Source: an uncultured bacterium
Lineage (GTDB): Bacteria > Babelota > Babeliae > Babelales > Babelaceae
NCBI GenBank assembly: GCA_963824495.1
Contig: CAWGPQ010000008.1
Location: 192,001-256,000 of the forward strand
Direction: 5' to 3'
Length of the DNA: 64,000 nt
Under the pieces are notes generated by a model. The model ran no database searches. It was not told the DNA's origin and was given only the letters and a program-made list of their open reading frames with translations. Shown in pieces: positions 1 through 11,891 of the stretch. The position numbers and the translations under genes are program-made. Within the stretch, counting starts at the first letter, position 1, and the number at the start of each line of letters is the position of its first letter.

Positions 1-1
1 A

Positions 2-436
2 ATTGCTGCTTTAGTTGCACAATATGCCATGACTGCTGGCAGTGCTCAATCCAACGTCAACGTACAGGATAGTGATGGTAATACTGCATTACATTACGCT
101 GTCCTTCATAATAATACCTATGGCGTTAGAACATTACTGAGCGATGGTGCCGATATTAACACGAGAAATAATGACGGCAATACACCGTTATACTTAGCAA
201 TACGGCAAGGTAATGCACATATGATTCAGGTACTGCTTGATGTAGCACATGAACGCGGGGATACTGCCCTTATTGATATGTTGAGCAGAGAGAGAATTAT
301 ACCTGATATCTTGCGTGATCAGGAACTTTTTCAGCACTTGCATGCTCAAGGTAGAAATGTTCCCAATATTGGCATGCCTGAAGAAATTATAGCTCGTATA
401 GTTCACTTCTTGCCTAACGCTGACTCTAATTCTTAA
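2..436 (+). CDS. Ankyrin repeat protein, C-terminal part (frame open from window start), with F-box-like tail
   Basis: GNTALHYAV and GNTPLYLAI repeats; frame open upstream of the ATG at 29 (IAALVAQYAM); tail MPEEIIARIVHFL shared with paralogs. Confidence 0.85.
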   Translation: MAALVAQYAMTAGSAQSNVNVQDSDGNTALHYAVLHNNTYGVRTLLSDGADINTRNNDGNTPLYLAIRQGNAHMIQVLLDVAHERGDTALIDMLSRERIIPDILRDQELFQHLHAQGRNVPNIGMPEEIIARIVHFLPNADSNS

Positions 437-571
437 CTTTCCTCATACTATTTCTGCTCAACCCTGTAGTTTTAATTCTAACTCATTTGACACAGAACAG
501 AGCAATGAGTTAAAATAACAATTACAAGATTGTTATTTTTAAATAAGATATAGCTTTAACAAAGGCACAAT

Positions 572-1683
572 ATGAACAAGTATATCCTGGCACTAGCACA
601 TTTTGGTATCTTCTTATTTGGCTCACATCAACTCATGAGCATGGATTTTCAGCTTGCTGATCAGTTATTAGAGGCAGCAACAGTAGGCGACAAAAATACT
701 GTTATCTCCTTATTAGGCCAGAAGGCCAATATTAAGCACACTAATCGTTACGGCTGGGACCCTTTAATATTGGCAGCTTATAATGGGCACACAAATATAG
801 TTAAAATGCTTATAGAGGCTGATTCTGACGTCAATCATGCTGATATTGATGGCAATACTGCTCTTATGTGGGCAGCTAACGAAAAGCAGACAGATATAGT
901 TAACGTGCTTATAGAACATAAAGCTGGTGTTAATCACGCCGATAAGCACGGTAATACAGCTCTTACCATGGCAGCTTTTAGTGGATATACAGATATAGTT
1001 AAAATGCTCATAGAAGCTGAAGCTAATATTAATCATGCCGAGGACGGTGGCTGGACTGCTCTTATGTTTACGACAAGATTTGGAAAAACAATAGAGATAG
1101 TTAAAATGCTTATAGAGGCTGGCGCTAACGTCAATCACACTAATAAGCGCGGCGAAACTGCTCTCGTTCACGCAGCTGAAATAAAAGCAAAAGATGTTGT
1201 TCAGATTCTTCTCAGCCATGGTGCTCAAGTTGACCTTTTGAATAATGCAGGTAAATCAGCACTGACTATTGCCCAGCAAAATAATCACCATGAAATTGTA
1301 GATCTCATTGATAAACATATAAGAATTATGGCGTCATACACCGGCAGGGCAAGCGGTTCCTCCTGAGATTGTTATTTTAGTTGCACGATATGCTATGGCT
1401 GCCGGCAACGCTCAATCTAACATTAACGCACAGCATGCTGATGGTAATACTGCATTACATTACGCCGTCCTTCACAGTAACACCCATGGCGTTAGAACAT
1501 TACTTATTGATAGTGCTGATATTAATGCTGTAAATAATGACGGCCATACAGCTCCGCAGTTAGCAATACAACAGAATCACGCCGATATAGCTCAGATACT
1601 GCTTGGTGCTCAAGCCAAAGACACCGCTTGATGTAGCACTTGAGCATGGAAACGCTGATGTTATGGATATACCCAGCAAATAG
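572..1683 (+). pseudogene. Secreted ankyrin repeat protein, frameshifted (ORFs 572-1366 and 1395-1631 plus remnant to 1683)
   Basis: Signal peptide and about 7 ankyrin repeats; shifted frame near 1356 reads VPPEIVILVARYAMAAGNAQSNINAQ, matching the paralog at window start; second shift near 1620 gives KTPLDVALEHG. Confidence 0.75.
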
Positions 1684-1885
1684 GCTTGCCTATAATTTTC
1701 ACCATTAGAATTTCTTTGATAACCACTAATTATCTTGCTACCGCTGCTACTTGTGCACGTCTTAATATAACAAAGTCATACATTTCTGAATAATAGGTAT
1801 TGCTGAGAATATCAAGCTAGGCTACACTAAGAGCAAACATATTACCACTATACCGTGAGAAACTTTTAATTTACATTTTTAATAC

Positions 1886-4108
1886 ATGGACACAGAAACA
1901 ACAAACTTAGAACGTAACAAAAAATTTACACAATTCTTTACCAAAAGCCTCAATCCTGAGCAACAAGAAGCAGTAAGCCAAAAAGATGGTGTTCTGCTTA
2001 TATGCGCTGGGGCTGGTTCCGGTAAAACGCGCGTCATAACTGCTCGTATCACCCATCTTGTTTTGAGTCACAGCGTTCCACCTGAATCTATTATTGCTCT
2101 TACCTTTACCAACAAAGCAGCACGTGAGATGAAAGAGCGCATTATTTCATTTTTAGGTGATACTTCGGTTGTTCCCTATGTTGGCACCTTTCACGCCTAC
2201 TGCCTCAGAATTTTAAAAACTCATAATCATTTACTTACAACACCTGATTTTTCCATTCTTGATGAAGCTGATCAAGAAAAAATGGTTCGAACACTTATAC
2301 AACGTTATGCTCTTCAAAAAAGAATTACAGCACGTCAGGTTATCTCTCTCGTTTCACGTCTTAAAAACGATGCTATTTCAGCTTGTGTTGATGAAAACCA
2401 ACTTCAAGATCCGCTCATGAGGCAAATTTATAGGGCATACGAACAAGAGAAAAATCTCTCACATTGCCTTGATTTTGACGATCTTTTGCTTGAAACGCTT
2501 AAACTATTTAAAAATAGTCCAAACTTCAAGTATGCGTTCAATCAGCACATACGTCACGTATTGGTTGATGAATACCAAGATACCAATCATGTTCAGCACG
2601 CATTGCTCAAAGCGCTTGCGTTAACTGAGTTAGGTGATCTTGCTATCAATTCACTCTGCGTTGTTGGCGATGAAGATCAATCTATCTATTCGTGGCGTGG
2701 CGCAACAGTTACTAATATTATGAACTTCACGGGTGATTTCCCTGAGGTCCGAAGACTGACACTTGAGCACAATTATCGATCAGTACAACCAATTTTAGAT
2801 ACTGCTCATTCTGTTATTATGCATAACCGGCAGCGCAATCCTAAGCGCCTCTGGTCACAGCGTTCAGGATCAGATTGTGTGCGATTGCTCAAATGTACTT
2901 CTGGCTATCAGGAAGCTGAAATGCTAGCCACTTTGGCAAAAAACCCAAATTTTGGCAAACTTTCGTCACTAGCGGTGCTCTATCGATCACATTATCAATC
3001 ACGAATTCTTGAAGAAGCGCTTATCCGTCATTCGGTACCCTATAAAATTATAGGTGGTATACAGTTTTATGATCGTCTAGAAATTAAAGATTTATTGGCC
3101 TACTTACGTCTTATAGTAAACCCTTTTGATCGCTTCTCTTTTATGCGTGCCATTGCAACTCCAAGCAGAGGTTTGGGTGAAAAATTTCAAGAATTATTTA
3201 TGGAGGTTTGGGATCAGCATCCTTTTTTAACGTTTATTGACGTTGCCTATATGCTTATTAATAATAAGCTCTTGCCTCAGGCAAAACAAGAATCTCTTGA
3301 GCAATTTATCAAGCTCTTCTCATCATATTCACGTACCGATAACGCATATAACACACTTGAATCTGTGCTACGTAACACTCAGTACATAAGTCATCTTAAA
3401 ACTTCATTTGATGCCCAAGAAGCGCTAGCAAAAGCAGAAAACGTTAAAGAGCTTACGCAAGCGCTACGTGCTATGCAAGAACGTGGTGTTGTATCCATAG
3501 AAGCATTTCTTGATGAAGTTTCTCTTCTACAAGATGCCCGCACACATACCAATGACGAACAAGAATACATTTCGCTCATGACTCTTCATGCAGCAAAAGG
3601 ACTTGAGTTCGATACAGTAATGATCACAGGTCTTGAAGAAAACGTTTTGCCAAGCGGCCATGCAGTAACTGTCCCTGAATTACTTGAAGAAGAGCGACGG
3701 CTTTTTTATGTTGGCATAACACGAGCACGTGAACGTCTTCTTATTACCAATGCACGTTTTCGTTCTATATATGGTACGCTTACTGAACAAAAAAGCTCAC
3801 GCTTTGTTAAAGAGCTTACTCTCGGTCCTGTTAGGCAAGATGATAGCTCTACGTGGCAACCATCGCATACACAGCAGTATTTTAACGAATGGCTTACTCC
3901 TGCTATGCGTAAGCAGCACGATAAAAATACCTATACCCCCGCACAAGCTCCAGCCACCTGGCAACTTCAGCAATGGGTTAAGCATGAGAAGTTTGGTCAT
4001 GGCTTGATAGAGAAAATAGAACAGCGAGACACTCAGCACGTTTACTTAACGATCAAGTTTACTCATGGCTCAAAAAAGCTTGCTGGAAACTTCGTAGAGC
4101 CTGCTTAA
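1886..4108 (+). CDS. pcrA: UvrD/PcrA ATP-dependent DNA helicase
   Basis: AGAGSGKT, TFTNKAA, VDEYQD, VGDEDQSIY, HAAKGLEF, EERRLFYVGITRA. Confidence 0.95.
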   Translation: MDTETTNLERNKKFTQFFTKSLNPEQQEAVSQKDGVLLICAGAGSGKTRVITARITHLVLSHSVPPESIIALTFTNKAAREMKERIISFLGDTSVVPYVGTFHAYCLRILKTHNHLLTTPDFSILDEADQEKMVRTLIQRYALQKRITARQVISLVSRLKNDAISACVDENQLQDPLMRQIYRAYEQEKNLSHCLDFDDLLLETLKLFKNSPNFKYAFNQHIRHVLVDEYQDTNHVQHALLKALALTELGDLAINSLCVVGDEDQSIYSWRGATVTNIMNFTGDFPEVRRLTLEHNYRSVQPILDTAHSVIMHNRQRNPKRLWSQRSGSDCVRLLKCTSGYQEAEMLATLAKNPNFGKLSSLAVLYRSHYQSRILEEALIRHSVPYKIIGGIQFYDRLEIKDLLAYLRLIVNPFDRFSFMRAIATPSRGLGEKFQELFMEVWDQHPFLTFIDVAYMLINNKLLPQAKQESLEQFIKLFSSYSRTDNAYNTLESVLRNTQYISHLKTSFDAQEALAKAENVKELTQALRAMQERGVVSIEAFLDEVSLLQDARTHTNDEQEYISLMTLHAAKGLEFDTVMITGLEENVLPSGHAVTVPELLEEERRLFYVGITRARERLLITNARFRSIYGTLTEQKSSRFVKELTLGPVRQDDSSTWQPSHTQQYFNEWLTPAMRKQHDKNTYTPAQAPATWQLQQWVKHEKFGHGLIEKIEQRDTQHVYLTIKFTHGSKKLAGNFVEPA

Positions 4109-4722
4109 TCTTGTTCATGAGCATCAGCGAGATCTTCTGCAAGGGTTGTAACAATACGTACAGGCTGATTAATACTAAGCTCTCTGATTAATGGTTTATT
4201 ATTGTAGGTGAGTACGGCAAGATGCTTTACAAGCGCTGGCACATCTGTGGTTGGAGTAATAGTGATATCTTTACCAAAAACTTGGCCACTAGGTAACTTA
4301 ACGCCGTTACCCGGAACTATAAAGTAACCGGAACGTGTTTTTACAACATCGTAAAGCTTATTTTGCACGGTTGGGTTGCTCGTAAGATAAGGCCCTTGCC
4401 ACATATCAGGATGTGCTAAATTCATTGATCCCACTGCAGAACCAACAAAGCTTTTAACGTTTAAAAAATTAATAGGATTTCTGTCGCCCTCAAAATCTAT
4501 AATGTGACTAGTGTCATTAATTGATTTAAATATCGCTTCAAGCCGATCCATATCATCAGCAATTATTTGAGAAGCTTCCGTATGGGCTTGGTACCAGTAA
4601 AACTTGACCGTAATACCCACAAGCAGAGCAAGTACTAATGCAGCAACGAGCGAAAACAGGCGGTTCTTGGGCTCCTTATATACAGCCCGTATATGCTTGT
4701 GTAGTGCTTTGCTCATGCACAT
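4105..4722 (-). CDS. Pseudopilin/GspG-like membrane-anchored protein
   Basis: N-terminal hydrophobic helix after LFSLVA; WQGPYL resembles the GspG C-terminal motif. Confidence 0.45.
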   Translation of the reverse strand: MCMSKALHKHIRAVYKEPKNRLFSLVAALVLALLVGITVKFYWYQAHTEASQIIADDMDRLEAIFKSINDTSHIIDFEGDRNPINFLNVKSFVGSAVGSMNLAHPDMWQGPYLTSNPTVQNKLYDVVKTRSGYFIVPGNGVKLPSGQVFGKDITITPTTDVPALVKHLAVLTYNNKPLIRELSINQPVRIVTTLAEDLADAHEQD

Positions 4723-4798
4723 GATCCTTTTCTAGTTTTTTTGAAAAACGATTCAAGATAAGCATAGCACAATCAACTTGAGAAAATTAATAGTATCT

Positions 4799-5866
<1,068 letters not shown>

Positions 5867-5954
5867 TCAAAGTATCTCTATAACTATAGCGAGCTCTTAC
5901 TATTTTGCCAAGCAAACTCATGACACTTATTCATAACTGCTTTTAAGCTGCTGT

Positions 5955-7424
5955 TTATCCATTTGAGTTAGGGTTAGGCAAAAACCCAACTATACGGGCT
6001 ATAATTTCTTCGGGCATACCAATAGCCGGAACATTTCTACCCTGAGCTTGCAATTGTTGAAAGAGTCTGTCATCGCGCAAGATATCAGGTATAATTATCT
6101 CTCTGCTGAGCACATCCAGAACGGCAGTATCCCCGCGTTCATGTGCTACATCAAGCGGTGTCTGATTTCTCGTATTTCTTACGGTATAATCAGCATGAGC
6201 ATTAAGCAGTGTTTGAACTATATCTACGTGGCCATATTGTAGTGCCAAATGTAACGGCGTATTGCCCTGTGCATTTTGAGCGTTAATATCTGCATCATGA
6301 GCAAGTAGCACCTGTAAAATAACATCATTGCCATTACGTGCTGCATAATGAAGAGCAGTATTACCGTCGTTATCTTGCATGCCTAGATCAGGGTTGTATT
6401 CATTAAGTAAAAGCTCAACAAGTTCGTTATAGTTTTGAGCAACTGCCCAGTGTAACGCTGTCATGCCAAACTCATCTTGAGCATTAACTTTAACGTGAAC
6501 AGGCTCAGCTCTAAAACGATTGATAATCCCTTGAAAAATTGAAGCACTTTCCCGATGTCTGTCTTGATGCCTGCTAAGAATATCTATAACACTATCCCTA
6601 TCTCTCATGATAATTGCCTGAGCCAGCGGCGAAATGCCAGCCTGACGTAACGCCAGCTCATACGTTTCCCCGTCATACCCTTTGTTTTTTTTATCTAAAA
6701 AAGCAGAAGATGCTCGTATGCCACGGCATACAAGCCATATAAGTACTTCCTTGAGGCTTTCACGTTGTTGATCTGAACTTTGTAACATTTTACAACCTAC
6801 CTTCAGGATAGCAGGACGCTCAAGCTCACGTGGATGCCTAACGTCAGCTCCGTGATTTCTAAGCAACTCTATCGTTTCAATATCATCATTAAGAGCAACT
6901 AACGTAAAAACAGAGTCACCATTATTATCGACATGATTAATATCAGCATCATGCTCTATGAGCAATCTAACTATATCTGTATGTCCATGCTGAGCAGCAT
7001 ACATCAGAGCAGTCCTGCGATAGCCATCGACATGATTAACATTAACTTTATGCTCCATAAGCAGTTGGACTATATCTATACGTCCATTACGAGCAGCATC
7101 CAATAGAGCAGTAATACCATACCCATCGGCATGATTAACGTTAGCGCCATATTCTATAAGCAATCTCACTATCTCTCTATGGCCCTGCCTAACTGCAACT
7201 GTAAGAGCTGTGGCGCCAGCAGTATTAGCATAATTAACGTCAGCACCTTCCCTGAGTAAGGATATTACGCTATCTGTATCTCCATTTGCTGCTGCCACTA
7301 TTAGTTGCATATTAAGCTGAAGCTGATTTGGATCAGGTTGATCCATACTTATAAGTTGAGAGGGACCTACCAGAAGCATACAGCATGTAGCCAATACCAT
7401 TTTATAAGTGCTCATAGTCACCAT
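5955..7424 (-). CDS. Secreted ankyrin repeat protein with F-box-like C-terminal tail
   Basis: Signal peptide, two ankyrin blocks, tail MPEEIIARIVGFL. Confidence 0.9.
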   Translation of the reverse strand: MVTMSTYKMVLATCCMLLVGPSQLISMDQPDPNQLQLNMQLIVAAANGDTDSVISLLREGADVNYANTAGATALTVAVRQGHREIVRLLIEYGANVNHADGYGITALLDAARNGRIDIVQLLMEHKVNVNHVDGYRRTALMYAAQHGHTDIVRLLIEHDADINHVDNNGDSVFTLVALNDDIETIELLRNHGADVRHPRELERPAILKVGCKMLQSSDQQRESLKEVLIWLVCRGIRASSAFLDKKNKGYDGETYELALRQAGISPLAQAIIMRDRDSVIDILSRHQDRHRESASIFQGIINRFRAEPVHVKVNAQDEFGMTALHWAVAQNYNELVELLLNEYNPDLGMQDNDGNTALHYAARNGNDVILQVLLAHDADINAQNAQGNTPLHLALQYGHVDIVQTLLNAHADYTVRNTRNQTPLDVAHERGDTAVLDVLSREIIIPDILRDDRLFQQLQAQGRNVPAIGMPEEIIARIVGFLPNPNSNG

Positions 7425-7462
7425 CTTTATACCTCCTCCTCGCTATGATATACGTCTAATAT

Positions 7463-8824
7463 TTATATTCTAGACGAACTTCCTGGTATTCCTCCTCGTC
7501 CAATTTCTGCCGCTATTATTCTGATCATTTCTGCTGGTGCACCGCGTTCACGTCCTGCTTGAGTACGCTGAGCAAGGCCCTGGCCGATAGTACTACCAAT
7601 CATTCCTTGGGTGACGCTATCGATAATAGCATCGGCAATGTCTTGATAAAGTTGTGTACGTAGCTGGTCACCACAAGCTTGTGCTTCTTGCCTAAGTCTT
7701 TCAGCTAAATCAAGAGGTGTTAGGTGTTCTGCATTTTGTATTGACCAGCTTGCACGCCGCAGCAATGCTGTAACTACCGACAGATTACCCTGAGTTACAG
7801 CCCAGTGTAATGCTGTCATGCCACGTATGCCTTGCGCATCAATCTCTTGTCGGGACAGTGCTTCAAGAAGACGCTTAACTTCAGCTTCATTGCCTAATAA
7901 TGCCGCGAGCGCAAGAGGCGCTGTAACCATCTCTCGCAGTACCTGCGGTTCGTGTTCATCATGTTCATTAATTTGATTAAACAAATCACCAAGTTGATTA
8001 ATTTGAGCACCATGAGCAATCAATTGTATTACCCCATACTGGTTATTGAATGACATTGCCCAAAAAAGAGGGCTATAGCCATCATTATCTAAAGCATTAA
8101 CGTTGGCACCATGAGCTATGAGGGATTCAATTATACCGGCCCCTTCAATATCGTGGGTCGCAGCTGCCTTATGAAGTGGTGTAGATCTCCGTGCATTAGC
8201 AATAGTGACATCTGCTCCACGAGCTATAAGAATTTGTGCAATATCAACATTGTTATACAAAAGTACTAACAATAAAGGTGTCTCATTCTGCGCATTAGTC
8301 GCATCAATAGCTATTCCTTCAGCTTGAAGTAGGCACTTAACGATTGCGGTCCAACCTAGCCTAGCCGCTCTATGTAAAGCAGTAGACCCCAAGTAATCCT
8401 TTTTGTTAGCATCTGCCCGGTTAGCAAGCAATATAGCAACCAGTGGTTGTCTATTGTTAACAGCTGCCAAATAAAGGGGTGTTTCGCCGTGCTCATTAAT
8501 AACATCGATAGGCGCCTGATAATTAATAAGCTGATCGGCTATATTCGTAAAGCCCAATCTAGCAGCTCTATGAAGAGGTGTGTTTCCCTCATGGTCAGTG
8601 TAATCAAGATCAACTCCCTCTTGAAGCAACATGCCAACGGTGTGCTCATCTCCTTGAGCTACCGCATGAAGTAAGTCTTCATTACGCTTCATCCTTTGTT
8701 CTGCTTGATCCTGCTTAGCAAGCAGTGCTTCAATATTCATTGAGTTAAGTGCAGGCACAAACTGCAGAGACAGTATAAACACCGCCAGCACTACCTTACA
8801 TTTCATCATATATCCCATCTTCAT
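7463..8824 (-). CDS. Secreted ankyrin repeat protein
   Basis: Signal peptide, multiple TPLH/TALH repeats, tail APAEMIRIIA. Confidence 0.9.
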   Translation of the reverse strand: MKMGYMMKCKVVLAVFILSLQFVPALNSMNIEALLAKQDQAEQRMKRNEDLLHAVAQGDEHTVGMLLQEGVDLDYTDHEGNTPLHRAARLGFTNIADQLINYQAPIDVINEHGETPLYLAAVNNRQPLVAILLANRADANKKDYLGSTALHRAARLGWTAIVKCLLQAEGIAIDATNAQNETPLLLVLLYNNVDIAQILIARGADVTIANARRSTPLHKAAATHDIEGAGIIESLIAHGANVNALDNDGYSPLFWAMSFNNQYGVIQLIAHGAQINQLGDLFNQINEHDEHEPQVLREMVTAPLALAALLGNEAEVKRLLEALSRQEIDAQGIRGMTALHWAVTQGNLSVVTALLRRASWSIQNAEHLTPLDLAERLRQEAQACGDQLRTQLYQDIADAIIDSVTQGMIGSTIGQGLAQRTQAGRERGAPAEMIRIIAAEIGRGGIPGSSSRI

Positions 8825-9099
8825 ATGTTCACCTACTAATTTCGGCTAAAGGGTTGCTTAATAATAATTTAAATTAACCATATAATTATGAACTCATGCG
8901 CTAGATTATTAAGATTAATTTCAATATTAATTTCAAATTTAATACAAAATAGCAGAATTGTCTAGTTAAGATATTGGCTCGCGTTAACACCAATAAAAAA
9001 TTCTGCTAAAAAGCTTATTTTTATAGAGCATGAGAGGCTCATTAAGCTATAGTAGATGCAGAAAGGTGTCGGTGTGTTTGGTCAACTATGTACTCAAAT

Positions 9100-10441
9100 T
9101 TAAGAGTTAACATTAGAATTAGGGTTAGACAAGAAGCCAACTATACGTGCTATGATTTCTTCAGACATACCAATAGCCGGAACATTTCTACCCTGAGCTC
9201 GCAAGTGTTCAAAGAGCTGCTGATCTCGCAAAATCTCAGGTATAATTATCTCTCTGTTGAGCATGTCAATAATAGCATCATTCCTATACTCATATGCTAG
9301 CTCAAGCGGTGTCTGATTTCTTGTATTTCTTATGATATGGTCAGCGCCGGCGGCAATGAGTGCCTGAACTGCGCCTGCATGACCTTGTCGTATTGCCAAG
9401 TGTAACGCTGTGTTGCCATCGTTATCTACAGCATTAATACTTGCACTATGAGCAATTAACACTTGAAGAGCAACATCATTACCATTACGTGCAGCATAAT
9501 GAAGTGGAGCATTACCATCTTCATCTTGTACGTTCAGATTAAGGTTGTAATTAGCAAGTAAATCTTCAACAAGAGCTTCATAATTTTGAGTAACAGCCCA
9601 ATGCAACACCGTCATGCCAAACTCATATCGAGCACCAATGGCACAGCTTGAAAGAAGCCTTGTAATGCTTTCTCTATCCCTGGTGATAATTGCCAAAGCC
9701 AGCAGTGAAACTCCGCTATTCCTTATTGCTTGTGTAATACTATCTCTATCTTGAGCAGATAACGTGGAAGGTATATTAGCACCATAACGTACAAGCATTC
9801 TAATTAGCATCTCCGTATGCTTACTGCAAGCCGCCGCGAGTAGAGCAGTAAAACCAAACTTATGAACATCATTAACATTAGCACCGTGCTCTAGAAGCAT
9901 ATTAACTATTTCTATATAGTCATGATGAGCTGCCAACATAAGAGCAGTGGTGCCAATATTGTCCGCATGATTAACATCAGCACTGTGCTCTAGAAGCATT
10001 CTAACTATTTCTATACACCCGATTGGTTGCCCAGTAAAGAGCAGTCTCACCTCCTATATTAGCACGATTAACGTCAGCATCACACTTCGCTCTTCGAGCT
10101 TCGTATGGCAGGCCAGCTTTCATGAGCATGCTAACCATCTCTATAGGTCCATCAAGTACTGCATTCATAAGAGGTGTAATGCCATTATGATCCACACAAT
10201 TAACGTCAGCTCTATCTTGAAGTAGCCTCGCAACTTCAGTAGCATCTCCATTGTAAGCTGCATCTAACAACTGCTCATCAAGTTGAACCTGCAATTGGTC
10301 AATTTGCAATTGGTTAAGCTGCATTTGGTTTAAATTCTGTTGTAATTGATCAAGCTGGTCCATACTTAAAAGCTGAGAAGTCCCTAGCAGAAGTACACAA
10401 CATGTAGCCACGATGATTTTATTAGCATTTAGTGCAGTCAT
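9100..10441 (-). pseudogene. Secreted ankyrin repeat protein, frameshifted near 10020 (ORFs 10001-10441 and 9100-10050)
   Basis: GETALYWATNR continues as GCIEIVRMLLEH in the other frame; paralog of 5955-7424 at both ends; carries a 33-nt in-frame palindromic insert. Confidence 0.8.
10080..10115 (-). repeat. Palindromic mini-element inserted in-frame in ankyrin gene
   Basis: Minus strand TGG-CCTGCCATACGAAGCTCGAAGAGCGAAGTG-TGA; removal restores KAGADVN; matches copies at tRNA-Ala and tRNA-Ile 3' ends. Confidence 0.8.
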
Positions 10442-10668
10442 TTTATTGCCTTATTTTTAGATACTGTTTAAAATTTATCTTGAATTAAAAATTTGTTATA
10501 GTTAGAATTTTAAATATCTTCATCGCAAAGTCAAGCATCTTTTACGACGAGCTTATAGAGCTATAACATTTTGTGTGCCCAAGAAAGGGAGAGTCCTTGA
10601 AGTTTGTTATAAACTAGACGGTTTGCCCAGCTCACAACCAGCCTTCTCGATACTCTTGTCAAGGTATA

Positions 10669-11205
10669 CTAATGCACCCATTTTTTAAACATGCGTATGA
10701 CCGATGGATTTTGAGTGGGCAATGCAGCTAAATCTTTTCCTATCCATCGTAATGCTTTCGATTCACTGCTTGCTACAACCTGCTCATCACTAATAACTTG
10801 CAACAAGAACCGTACATCATAGTGATAATGTGCTTTTTCACGACTATTTGCCGGAATAAGATGTATATCGATATCAAAAATATCGTTATACACAGGGACA
10901 ATTTTGACAATACCAGACTCTTCTTGAGCTTCTTTAATAGCAACACTTAAAACATCTGGATTTCCATCACAATGGCCACCAAGCTAAAACCATGTATCAA
11001 GTTTGGCATGGTGAGTAAGAAGCGCCTTTGATCCATCTTTATTGAGCAACCATGATGATGCAGCTATGTGCCCGATCTCCAAAGATCTTTCAAAACAGCT
11101 CGGGTTTTGCTCTATAAAAGCAATCATTTTGTGCTTAAATATAATCTCTTCTTGTGCTAACGGAGCGTAGTCTTGTAATAATTGTATTAATGCTAATCTT
11201 TTCAA
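10669..11205 (-). pseudogene. NUDIX hydrolase with in-frame TAG at 10984-10986
   Basis: Reading through the stop gives WF*LGGHCDGNPDVLSVAIKEAQEESG (Nudix box) and joins the 10669-10893 ORF. Confidence 0.85.
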
Positions 11206-11595
11206 CAGGGGCTTTCATGTCAAATAAAAAAAATGTTTTTCAAATAATCATTATATTATAAGTCTCAAAGAAATCGAGATCTACTTATTATATTTTCTCA
11301 TTTTTTGAGTATCTTTGCCTGAGCGTACGCCAAATACTCGCTTATGCCAATAGGCTTTTTTGCCTTCATAGAACCATGCTTGATTATCATTGTTTAAAAA
11401 AATTTCTAGTTGCTTCATGTCAACTTTATAGCGATAAAATAGTGCAATTAATTCTCGTAAATCCTCATCAGGTATCACATTACTTTTTAGGTATAGATAT
11501 AGTTTATAATGACCCCTAGAAATCAGACACGTGTAATTGGAGAAATTGGGGAGTATAATGATGCAAAAAGATCATCACTATTACTGGGGTAAAGC

Positions 11596-11871
11596 ATGGC
11601 AAGAATATACAAGAAACATGGAAGTTCATTTAAGAGTAAGGTAGCTCTAGAGGCCCTAAAAGAAAAGAAAACAGTTGCAGAATTATGCCAAGAGTATAGC
11701 ATTTCAGCAAGTCAAATATTTGCATGGAAAAAGCAGCTGGAGGAAGAGAGCAATAAGATCTTTGAAGATAAGCGAGAAGTAGACCATAAAGCAGAAATAG
11801 ATAGATTGCATCGTGTTATTGGACAATTAACTGCGGAACGTGATTTTTTAGGACATGTGCTCAAACGTTAA
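11596..11871 (+). CDS. IS3 transposase OrfA (HTH)
   Basis: FKSKVALEAL..TVAELCQEY..QIFAWKK; slippery TTTTTTA at 11844-11850 would link to OrfB by a -1 frameshift. Confidence 0.9.
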   Translation: MARIYKKHGSSFKSKVALEALKEKKTVAELCQEYSISASQIFAWKKQLEEESNKIFEDKREVDHKAEIDRLHRVIGQLTAERDFLGHVLKR

Positions 11872-11891
11872 GTAGTGAAAAACGCAAAGAG

